Shown here one piece after another: positions 51,416-64,000 of a DNA stretch of 64,000 nucleotides; within the stretch, counting starts at the first letter, position 1; each line of letters begins with the position of its first letter. The stretch is from Octopus vulgaris (lineage: Eukaryota): positions 27,776,001-27,840,000 of the forward strand of contig OX597815.1 of NCBI GenBank assembly GCA_951406725.2, read 5' to 3'. The notes under the pieces were generated by a model that saw only the letters and a program-made list of their open reading frames with translations, did no database searches and was not told the origin of the DNA. The position numbers were made by a program, and so were the translations under genes.

Positions 51416-53810
51416 AATGCTTTTGATCATAGATCTTCTAAGTCGAGGCTGAGCTAAAGCTAAAAAACAACTGTTTTGCTGTTTTGTTATTTTTTTTTTA
51501 CAATATTACCATGAGATAGATAAAGCATTTCACTCATTGCTTTAATCTTTTATACTCTCATCTGTGAGGCCGAGCATCTAGAGATCTGACCTCACCATGA
51601 CATTCTTAGTATTCCATAATCACAAGTGCCTTTCACCTTTTCACCAAGCATTCATTGTCCATTTGCATATGCTCAGTGTAATTGACTCTTTAGCATACAT
51701 TGGCCGATATTTTTAATAGCTGCTCACTTACTTCTCTTGTACTTTGCTATTCATAAAAGTTAACATTCAACATCCAGTGGGTGTATAATGTATCCTTGCT
51801 TCATTTCTCTCTTTCATATTCAAAGACCATTTTATTAACTTTTTTTTTTCTGCAATCCTTTGACAACCAGGCTATATGAACTGGACCATTAAGATATTAA
51901 GTTGCCAACAACAGCATTATAGCCTTAATATAATGAATGGAAGGGGAAACAATAGTCTCTGAAAACATTTATCTGTACATGAAATTCATTACTGAAATTG
52001 CTTCTAATCCTAATTTACATCACATAGTACTATTGTTTTCCCGAGGTTAGTTTTCTTCATACTCACTAGACTACAAGACATGGGACTCTGTGAAGAATCT
52101 TATCCAAATTATCAAGTGTAGAGTTTTTGAAAACTTATATTTTCTCACTGAAATATGGCATCTGAAGTTGCATATCCATGCAAAAAACTAAACTGAATCA
52201 TACGCAAGTTAACCATATCCTGTAAATCATTGCTAAAACTAAGATATTTTCAATGATCTGATTCTTCAAAGAAAAATTACCAACTGATTGGAAATAATTT
52301 AGGTTAATTTTTGTAGCTATTCTATTTCTATTTAAATCTGTTTCACTTTACATTGTTAATGCTTTTGATAAAGGCATGAGCATCAAACAATATCATTCCA
52401 CCCCTCCATAAATTTGTAACTGTATATAAAGGAAAAAATATTTTGTATTAATAAAGTTTATGATATAAAGTTGGTTCTTGGAGACATTGTACTTTTTCAA
52501 TTACTGAGAAAGACATTTGCACTATGCAATCTCATTTTCCCATTCTTGAAAATTCAAACCTTCATGCCTGTTTGTAAGAATTTGATACACACTCTCTCTC
52601 TCTCTGTAAGTTTTCAGTTCTCCCAAATGAAAGAAGCATGTATTGTAAAAACTGAATTCTCTTATTTACTAATAAATGAGTGTGAATACACTTAACAATG
52701 GTAGAATATTTCAATGATAGTAATCTAAGAAAACTAGTGCTTATGTTGTTGAACTTTCTCAATATAGCAAGCTTATATTCAGCAAACTCACTTGTGGTTT
52801 AAAAATAGAGACCATTTGTACGTTATATTTTTAAGACAAGGAACCCAGAAAAAAAAAAAAAAAATTGAGAAGGCAAAAACTAGAATGCTAGATGATTTCA
52901 AAAGTGAGAGGGCGGGCAGTTATGAGGTAGTCAGCAAAACATTTGATAGTAGTTCACAAGCTCAATAGGCCAGCTATAATCTAATTTTGACTACTTGCTC
53001 CACTAATTTTATCATTTCCAGAGAGATGAAAGACTAAACTGATTTTGATAGATTTTGAACTTTGAACTATTGAATGAAAACTTCATAAGTCATTTAATTG
53101 CAGTCCCCCAAGAAGTCTAAAATGTCTATTATTAAACTGTTAAGCATTGGTATAAACCATTTATACACTCAGAGATAGAATAAATTGCATTATCTACCTC
53201 TTGTTATTTTTTCTATCAACCACTATTACCAGAAAATCTCAAACCATGGTTTTGATAGATTTTGAACTTTGAACTATTAAGTTTATAAGCATTAAACCAT
53301 TGAGAAATACTTCTGTTGGTGTGCTTTTAAATATTTCAAGTTTTGTTTACCTTAAAAAAAAAAAATTTTTTAATGAGGGGCTCAATTTTGCAAACTAATG
53401 AAAACCTTCCTGTTCTAGTGTTTCTGCTGTCTAAAGGGATAAAGTTGCATCAACTTTTGATACTCAATTACAGCTGATAGGATTGAGTTATTGAAAGGAC
53501 ATGCACAGCAGTATAAGTGACAGAAAAGAACTATTGGCTTTTCTGCTAGTAATATTCTAATGTTTTAGTCAGCTGTGACTCCGATAATTATAAAAAACAG
53601 GGAAGAAAATCAACAAATGGTATAATTATATTACACAGGTATACCAAATAGATGTGTAACATTATCATATATGCTATACAGGAACATTTACAGTAACACA
53701 AATCCTTGCAAACAATTATGAACCTGAAGAAACCTTGTTTTTTGACATAAACTGGTAAATAAACAAAATATTTAAAAGCTGAGCAAGAAGGAATATGATA
53801 TGCTCATTTT

Positions 53811-56169
<2,359 letters not shown>

Positions 56170-56445
56170 TTTATAATTAGGGTTCAGCAAAAGATTTGCT
56201 TTACCACATACCGAAGTTTAGAAATAGCAGCCAAAGAACCCCTGAGAGCTCTTGGAGACTGTTGAGACTGATATGGTTATGTTCAACTTGAATATCTGTG
56301 CATACCAGGGAGGAAGGAATGAGAGGCAGTTAGTTTGGGGGTCTGGGAAAGTAATATACAATAGGAATGAGAGGAAGGGACATGTATATTGAGTGGGCCA
56401 GGCTAGAGATGGTATGTAACTAGCTCAGAATTGAATTATAATATA

Positions 56446-57004
56446 GTATAATGAAATTATTGTATACAGTGCTCAGGTGCACCACAACTTCTCAGAAAGT
56501 GCATATAAAGTATATGCAGTAATGTACAAATGTCTGGAAAGTGAACAGTGTATGAGTCAGATACATGCTTGCGTGTGTATGGAAGGGAGAAAATCAGGTG
56601 TAGTGTTGGCGAATCTCAGGAAGCATGGAAGTTTTGAAGGATGCAGTGCTTTGACAACTAACAACTGATGCTGGCAGACTATTCCATGCTTCAGCAACTC
56701 TTAGCATGAAAAAATTGTTTCCTAAAGTCATGGGAGCTGTGCTGTTTTCTGACTTTGTAAACATGTCCACAGGTGTTAGACAGGTGGAGTTTGAAAAGAT
56801 GCTCAGAGTTATTGTTAGTAAGATAGTTAATAATTTTATGGGTGACTGCCAAGTCAGCTGCCAGATGTCGGAGTTTCAATGTGTCCATGCCCAGGGAAGT
56901 AAGGCGTTCAGAATAAGGCAAATGCCTGATGGAGGGTATTCTTTTGGTTGCACGTCGCTGAACGGCTTCCAGACGATTAATATCCTGGGCAAGATAGGGG
57001 TTCC
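56446..57004 (-). mobile_element. CR1-clade LINE 3' fragment, inverted relative to 53811-56120
   Basis: Minus-strand PYSERLTSLGMDTLKLRHLAADLAVTHKII... and the same long 3' UTR as 44755-45181. Confidence 0.9.
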
Positions 57005-57284
57005 TAAACTGTTACAGATAAATTCTCATGAATTGTCCTCACTTTTTGTCTTAGATAAATAGTTCTTTTGTTTCTTTTCCATCTTAGCTTAGCTTAGGTC
57101 TGCTGTAGGCCCTAGGACTCATTAGGCTAAAATTTAACCTGGTTTTTAAGATTACAACACTCTCCACTGAACAGGATGTCAGTCTGCTGCAGGGCTAATT
57201 TCTCAGCTATTGCTGGATTGGAGCAACATGGAAGGAAGTGTTTTGTTCAAGAACACAATGCCTTGCCCACACACATTCTTGTCT

Positions 57285-57440
57285 TTATTGACCCCAGTGC
57301 ATAACTGGTACTTAATTTATTGACCCCAAAAGGATGGAAGGCAAAGTCGACCTCGGCGGAATTTGAACTCAAGAACGTAAAGACAGAGGAAATACCGCTA
57401 AGCATTTTGCCCTTCATGCTAACGATTCTGCCAGCACGCT
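57285..57440 (-). mobile_element. SINE family C fragment
   Basis: aaggcaaagtcgacctcggcggaatttgaactc...ccgctaagcatttt. Confidence 0.8.
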
Positions 57441-57642
57441 ACCTCGTTCAATATATTTCTGTGGACTGTACATTAAGTGTCAAAGATGCTGGAACAGAGA
57501 AAGATACATTTTTCTTCTAATATTAGTTTGCTTTAACATCAACAAGCCACAACTACCACTATCACCATCACTACCACTAATACCTTCACCAATAACTGAT
57601 ATCAATTAGGCCTTAATTTTTTCTATGTATTCTGATTAAATA

Positions 57643-58040
57643 GGTGCAGGTGTTGCTGTGTGGCAATAGCCTAGCTTCCCAACCACATGGTTCTGGGTTT
57701 AGTCATACTGCGTATTCTACCATAGTCTCAGGCCAACCGAAGCCTCGTGAGTGGATTTTGTAGATAGAAACTGAAAGAAGTTCATTACACAACACACACA
57801 CATGTATCTATGTGTGTGTGTCTTTGTTTGCCTTCCACTACCACTTGACAACCAGTATCCGTGTGTTTAAATCCCTGTAACTTAGTAGTTTGGCAAAAGA
57901 AACCTATAGAATAAATACTAGGCTTTAAAAAAATAAGTCCTGGGGTAGGGTGGGGAGTCGATTTGTCTGACTAAAACCCTTCAAGGCAGTGCCCCAGCAT
58001 GGTCACAGTCAAATGACTGAAACAAGTAAATGGTAAAAGA
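57643..58040 (+). mobile_element. SINE family A, diverged
   Basis: Family A head, body and cagtcaaatgactgaaacaagtaaa tail. Confidence 0.8.
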
Positions 58041-58529
58041 AAAAAAAAGATAAACAGAAATGTTATACTAAGTTATATGGAGCAAAATTCTAATTAAGCA
58101 TTTTTATGTTACAGCTTTTAATGAAGATCAACAGTATTCTTATCAGTAGTTGCATAGTGAAAGCATTAGTGATATGTAGTCAGCAATAAGGTGAATAGTC
58201 CAAATGTAATAGATGCAATTACAAAATCTAGGACAAAATTTGTTACAGTTGAACAGACCTCATTGTAATAAATTAGCATTATTTATGTTAGTCTTGTCTT
58301 TCATAAAAGTGCAGAAACCTATGTTATACATTGGACATTAGACTTTGTATTAATCTGCAGCTGTCATTATATTTGTTACACTTGATAAGCTGGGTTTTCT
58401 GGTTTTCTTGCTGATGTTTGATATATTTTATTTACCAAATTTCAACATAGGAAATTAACAAATTTCTTCAGATCCTTTTTTTTTTGTTAAGTTTCTGTTC
58501 TATTCCTTACATTTGGAATAATGTTCCTC

Positions 58530-58722
58530 ATCATCATCATCATCATCGTTTAACGTCCGCTTTCCATGCTAGCATGGGTTGGACAATTTTGACTGAGGGC
58601 TGGCGAACCAGATGGCTGCACCAGGCTTCAGTCTTGATCTGGCAGAGTTTCTACAGCTTGATGCCCTTCCTAACGCCAACCACTCCGAGAGTGTAGTGGG
58701 TGCTTTTACCTGCCACTGGCAC
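58530..58722 (-). mobile_element. SINE-like family B
   Basis: Family match. Confidence 0.85.
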
Positions 58723-59093
58723 ATAATGCTATGATTTAGAATTTTCTGACAGTATATCTGTGTGTGACTATTTGTTGATAAGCAAAAAAACCTTTTATCT
58801 AATGCTGCTCTCATCATTCACAGTTTTTTCCCTTCTGTTTTGGGTAACCACCTTGATGGGCAAATGTAATAAACTGTTTATTGCCATGCTTCTGTTGTTT
58901 CTTGCCAGCATTGATCATTTCCATATGCTTCTTAGTGGTACTATAGAGAATTTTGAGGACCTCATTGTATCTCCATGTGCAGCCTCTCTGGGTGTACATT
59001 CTTGGGTCATCAGTCAGAGAATACTTTTTGAAGAGCTTCTTTCCAACTCTTGTTGGAACCCACTTTTTGCCTAAGGTATGCACTACATATATA

Positions 59094-59309
59094 TGAGAGG
59101 GTGCTGAAAAATCCTTAGCTTTAACAGTATCACAAAAGGCCTGGTTGTAGGTCAACCCTCCAAGTTCTTTTACTAAGCTTAGAAAAGCTGAAAGACCCCT
59201 GCAATAAGCGTGCGAATCTAAGAGGAGAATATGTTTAATAAAATCATAATTAACTGATTTTCCTGTATTATCTTTTACCCAAAGTCAGGAACTTTTCAGC
59301 TCCACTTGG
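59094..59309. mobile_element. Tc1/mariner-type MITE
   Basis: TIRs tgagagggtgctgaaaaatcctt.gctt / aagtcaggaacttttcagctccacttgg, flanked by TA. Confidence 0.6.
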
Positions 59310-59532
59310 TAAGTGAAGGCATGGCCAGGAGGTTAAAAAGTTCATTTTTGAATTATATGGCTTAGGGTTCATTCTGAATGTAGCACATGTAGTTGGAATG
59401 AACTGTTATACAGTTGTCATACTATAGCTGTGGGATGACCAATGCCTTATGGAGGAAACTGGTAGACAAAAATCATCATCGTTATTTAATGTTCATGTTC
59501 CATGTTGGCATGGGTTGGATGGTTTGACAAGA

Positions 59533-59885
59533 TCATCATCATCATCGTTTAACGTCCATTTTCCATGCTAGCATGGGTTGGACGGTTCAACTGGGGTCTG
59601 GGAAGCCGGAAGGCCGCATCAGGCCCAGTCTGATCTGGCAGTATTTCTACGGCTGGATGCCCTTCCTAACGTCAACCACTCCGTGAGTGTAGTGGGTGCT
59701 TTTTACGTGCCACCTGCACAGGTGCCAGACGAGGCTGGCAAACGACCACAATCGGATGGTGCATTTTACGTGCCACCGGCACGGGGGCCAGTCGGGACGC
59801 AGTGGTAACGGCCACGTTCGGATGATTCTCTTACGTGCCATCGGCACTGGTATCACAGCTACAATTCCCATTGATGTTGATCGAT
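59533..59885 (-). mobile_element. SINE-like family B
   Basis: Reverse complement of 20712-21052. Confidence 0.85.
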
Positions 59886-60315
59886 GTGTGTGTTTGTCTT
59901 CCTCTTGTTTTGATATTTGAATATTGATAGATAACAAAGGTGCCATTCATGCACATGGTATCATTTGTTTAGTCTTCCAGTAAAATATGTCTGACCCTTT
60001 GAGCTGTTCATTGTTCAAAGGACTAGAGGAATTCCCTCTACCTTTTGCCCTTTCATGAACTCTCTACTCATGCACCTTGAGCAATTCTCTATCATTCCAT
60101 TTATATTCACATCCTTGTACTTCGAGAGTATGCCCTGGCACATCGCCACCATCTCTCTTTCCCTCTGAGACAACCATGTATTTCCTCTACAGCAAGACAC
60201 CTATTTCTGTCCCTCTATCATAATTTAACCCTCATCACCTGACACAAAGCCAACTCCTTCAACACCACTTCTCATCTTACTTTGCCGGCGCTGGTGTCAC
60301 AAAAAAGATAGATTA

Positions 60316-60495
60316 GGCGTAACTTCGGTATAAGTACAGGTGTAAGTATCGGAAGTACCGGATACATTTCAAGAAAGTGTTTTTTTTTTTATATATGAGG
60401 GGTTAGGGTTAGGGGTGGGAGAAAAGGGTTTCTGTTTCTTTACATCTTCAGAAATGTAAACAAAGTCACGAGTGTACTTATACCGAAGGATCGCC
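60316..60495. mobile_element. Merlin-like MITE with TTAGGG core, directly upstream of EXOSC1
   Basis: TIRs ggcgtaacttcggtataagtaca / tgtacttataccgaaggatcgcc. Internal gggttagggttaggggtgggagaaaagggt...aaatgtaaacaaa. No clear TSD. Confidence 0.7.
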
Positions 60496-60559
60496 TTTAC
60501 TTAAACCAAAGCAAAGCAAACCAAACAGTTGAAAATTTTCTAACGATATTTAAAAAAAA

Positions 60560-60728
60560 AAATCAACGGAAATTAGCAAATACAATTTTGTTACCGGGAT
60601 GTTTGGTGAAATAATTTCGAAACCTAATGTTTTCAAATCAAAACAATAATCTTAGGTGGCGGGAATGTTCCTAAGCGGCTTCTGATAATGATATGTAAAC
60701 TTTGTTAATCCATAGTTTCGTATACAAC
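60560..60728 (+). promoter_or_regulatory. Putative EXOSC1 promoter/5' UTR with E2F-like motif
   Basis: CpG-retaining region just upstream of the ATG; TGGCGGGAA at 60657-60665. Confidence 0.45.
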
Positions 60729-60756
60729 ATGTTGAAATCAGGGATATGTTTACCTG
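60729..60756 (+). CDS. EXOSC1: Exosome complex component CSL4, coding exon 1 (MLKSGICLP-G)
   Basis: ATG, then the C-x-P-G motif and perfect donor G|gtgagt (phase 1). Joins in frame to 63800. Confidence 0.85.
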
Positions 60757-61647
60757 GTGAGTAACCGATTATTTTTTAATTAGAAATCTGTTATATGAAG
60801 CTTTGTTGTATCTACAATATATTATTTTACCATCTATATTAAAATACTACTTGTATTTAAAGTACGATTTAAATTTCATTTTAATGCTTCTTAAACATTT
60901 TAAATATAAATAGCAATGCCTAGGGGAATCTAGGAATCATCATGTTTCAAACCCAAACCTTGTATTTCTTTATTAATATTTTCAGATCTTTACTATAACT
61001 TATTAATATATGATATTCTCTAATTTAAATTTAGGTACTTGTATCGCAGAGAAGTACCATTTAGGTACTTGTATCGTTAAATTTACTTTTTTTTAATGTC
61101 AAAATTTCAACTTCATTTATTCTTATTGTATAAATAGCACGTGTTTTTCATGAAATCGAATAGTTCTATACAGCATGTCTTGGTTATCTAAATTGAATGT
61201 AACTGCAGCACTCATGTATCTGAACGTCAATGTCTAAACAACTTTTTGAAGACAGCATTATTTCTTAACTTAGAAAAAGGAGTGAAGTCAAATGACTTTA
61301 CACTTTTGCCGGTTTTAGTGTAATTTTATTCCAATTATGAAATTTTCTGAAAACGCGTTTAGAGAGAGGTAAATGTGAAATGAATAAGAGTCGTAAACAA
61401 AACATTTGTTGTGCAAGGAGAGGATAGAGAGAGAAGAGCAAGTGATAAACAGGAGTAGATATTGAAAGATTTATGGATAATGTGATCATTTTAATACTCT
61501 GTGGTCAATGATCAATTCTGTGGTTCAGGGCAAGTAACTGGACGAAGCGTTGTATTGGCGACGTAACATTAAAAATAAAAAAAAAAGGGCATAATACTTC
61601 ATATTTACGATATTACCTGGAAACGAAATAAAAAAGAATAGAGCAAC

Positions 61648-62082
61648 GGGTGTAAAACAAAAATGTGTAGGAAACGAATATGAAAACAAAAACGCATGGA
61701 AAGCAACGCGAGTGGGGAAGAGGACTTCGGAAAATTCTCAAGATCCGAGTTTAACTTTTAGGAAAATAGGGTTTTTTTTAATGAAATTTTATATAAACAC
61801 CTTTCAGACTGCATAGATTACGATTATAAAGAAATTTGGGTTAATGTTTACATCTTGAACCGGAAATAAAAATCCAAAAATATACTGGAATGGGTGTAAA
61901 ACAATGTGTAGGAAACGAATATGAAAAAACATGTGCGCAAAGCAACGGGAGGATGGGGAGAGGACTTCGGAAAATTCACAAGATCCGAGTTTTTCTCTCA
62001 TAACTTTTAGGAAAATGGGATTTTTTCAATGAAATTTTATAGAAATAACTTTCAAACGACATACATTACGACTATAAAGAAT
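61648..62082. repeat. Diverged ~243-bp tandem duplication in EXOSC1 intron 1
   Basis: gggtgtaaaac..tgtgtaggaaacgaatatgaaaa...gaggacttcggaaaattc.caagatccgagttt occurs at ~61648 and ~61891. Confidence 0.85.
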
Positions 62083-62089
62083 TGAGACG

Positions 62090-62365
62090 TGCAGTCTTGA
62101 TGAAGCTGGAGTCTATCCACCTTTGACATGCCTACCTGCCAGGTGTTGCCTCCTTCTGCTGGAGTCAATCCTTGGTGACTTGAGATAGCCCTCCTCTGCT
62201 TGCTCTGCCGTTGGGGTCTTGATATTGGTGTTTGGTCGTGTTTAGTCTGGGACCTCATCCTTGACCATGTCACTATGGGTGGCCCTACCAGGAGTCTAAG
62301 ACTCCAGACGGTATTGCTCTCAGAATCATTGGATCACACAAACTCTTCCACTACGACAAGGGACG
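62090..62365 (-). mobile_element. RTE-like retroelement remnant
   Basis: ccctaccaggag...attgctctcagaatcattgg resembles 27478-27520 and RTE-type UTRs. Classification is tentative. Confidence 0.35.
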
Positions 62366-63438
62366 ACCACCGGAAGAGGTTCAACCTGAAGCCCACAGGT
62401 GTATGTTCTCTCTCTCTGCCTTTCTTCTGTTATTATAACGGCCTCAACTGACTGGACACTTACCACCTCCATTCAGGTGCTTGTTTGCTCTTTTTGTTTT
62501 GATCTTCTCAAGGCCCTGCACTAATCATTATTCTCAGTTTGTCCTTCCTAGCAAGTTGATCCTCTGAAATTCCCTCCCTGCAGGTATTGACTTGCAATGG
62601 TTCAAGAACATCAAACAAAATCCCAGGTATCCTGGAGATATGGTTCAACACAGATTTTAAAAAAATATATTATTTACTGTCTGATTCAGTTTCCAAGTCT
62701 GTGCCCTTACTCAAATTTCATATCATTGTATAACATCTGTTTTCCATGCTGGTATGGATGGTTTAACAGGATCTAACAAGCACAGAGCTGCATTGGGCTC
62801 CAATGCTTGCTTTGGCATGGTTTCTATGGTTTCTGATTGCCTTTCCTGGCTGATAGAATAGAATCCACCTGTTCTATAAATTATCCTGGGGCCTAGCTGT
62901 GTTGGGTAACATTCCTCTAGTAGTGTCAGCTCAATCTTGAACATGCAGCTAATTACGTGGTTGGGAACTCAGATAATACCCCACTGAGTCGAGTGCAATG
63001 AATCCTTCAATGAGAGATGTCCAATCTTAGGTTTCTAGTAGATTGATCTCTTCCATCAATAATGGGTCTTTTGGAACTGATGGGTATCACATGTTAACTT
63101 CCTAAATAAGTTCAAATTTCGTTGGTGCCTCTTGGCTCAATGAGATATCGATGAAGTAGGTCCTTTCACTATATGGCACCTGGCTGCAGCATTGATCACA
63201 ATAAAACAAGAAAACCTCTTGTACCCAAATGCAGATCTTTTACTATCAGCATACATGACTGTAGCAGCCCCTGGCCAGTTCTTGTCAAGTCATCCAACCC
63301 ATGCCAGCATGGAAAATGGATGTAAAATGATGATGATTATGATTGTTATTCGTACACTTGCTAATAGTCTGTCTTTTGCATGGAATGAGAAATGATTTGT
63401 TGCCAAGAAGTAATAATTCCTTTCTTTAAAAATCTAGC

Positions 63439-63667
63439 TTAACCCTTTAGTATTCACATTATTCTGTCAAAAGTAATGCTTATTTATTCACATTATTTTA
63501 AATTAATCATGCATTATCTTGTAGCTATGAGATTTTGATGAGGTAGCTGTTAATTTTTAAAACGATATTGTAGGGCTGGTGTGAGAGGCCAGATCCGGCC
63601 AATTTGAACATAAAACAAGGGAGACTATTTTGGCCAGATATGGCCGGTTTAAATGCTAAAGGGTTAA
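63439..63667. mobile_element. piggyBac-like MITE, intact
   Basis: TTAA-CCCTTTAG(T)ATT ... AATGCTAAAGGG-TTAA. Confidence 0.85.
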
Positions 63668-63799
63668 TCTTTCTCTCTCTCTCTCTTTTATTATAGCAAA
63701 TATACTATTGTACTAAGTAAACAAAACTCTTTCTTGTGGTATTAAAATTTTCTTGTGTATTTGAAATATGTAAAGATCCAGATGTTTATTGATTTTTAG

Positions 63800-63918
63800 G
63801 GCAAAAGCTTTGTCAGCTCACTGATGATAAATGTAGTGGAAATGGGACCTACATCCGAAATGGTTATATTTATTCAAGCCTAGCAGGTTTCCTTCATACA
63901 GAAACCACTGAAGATAAA
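63800..63918 (+). CDS. EXOSC1: Exosome complex component CSL4, coding exon 2 (G-QKLCQLTDDKCSGNGTYIRNGYIYSSLAGFLHTETTEDK)
   Basis: Acceptor gatttttag and donor AAA|gtaagt. The spliced peptide matches the Csl4/EXOSC1 N-terminus as I recall it (human ...CIPGERLC...GSGTYTRHGYIFSSLAG). The gene continues beyond the window. Confidence 0.9.
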
Positions 63919-64000
63919 GTAAGTTATACTTTAGTGATTAATCATTTTCTTTTTCTATTGCCAGTTCTGTGTTTTTCATAAGTGTTGTATTGCCTTGTAT

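Noticed and set aside
53043-53278. 29-bp direct repeat (ttttgatagattttgaactttgaactatt) ~207 bp apart
   Set aside because: Small local duplication in decayed repeat DNA with no element termini or other structure.

Overview
AT-rich, repeat-dense animal genomic DNA. The SINE, LINE and microsatellite landscape looks like an octopus (coleoid cephalopod) genome; this is inferred from repeat recognition, not from a search. The only confidently recognisable host gene is the 5' part of EXOSC1/CSL4 (RNA exosome subunit) on the + strand, with coding exon 1 at 60729-60756 and exon 2 at 63800-63918. There are weaker candidate exons of unidentified genes (minus strand 50549-51110, 37265-37422, 9433-9498; plus strand 18723-19160). 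The rest is transposon debris: a 5'-truncated CR1-clade LINE with a 630-codon RT ORF plus shorter 3' copies, R4/Dong-type fragments, at least four SINE families, a decayed DD34E Tc1 transposase, non-autonomous Helitrons, piggyBac-, hAT-, mariner- and Merlin-like MITEs, and many microsatellites. Almost all ORFs in the supplied track are spurious. I see no CRISPR array and no multi-gene novel system. The most notable observations are (i) a full-length, CCA-tailed tRNA-Asp fused to a SINE inside one target-site duplication, consistent with a template-switch retro-chimera; (ii) three GG...CC MITEs sharing a TTAGGG/G-rich/forkhead-motif core, one next to the EXOSC1 promoter; (iii) several long inverted repeats that could form dsRNA or cruciforms; (iv) a duplicated microexon-like module.
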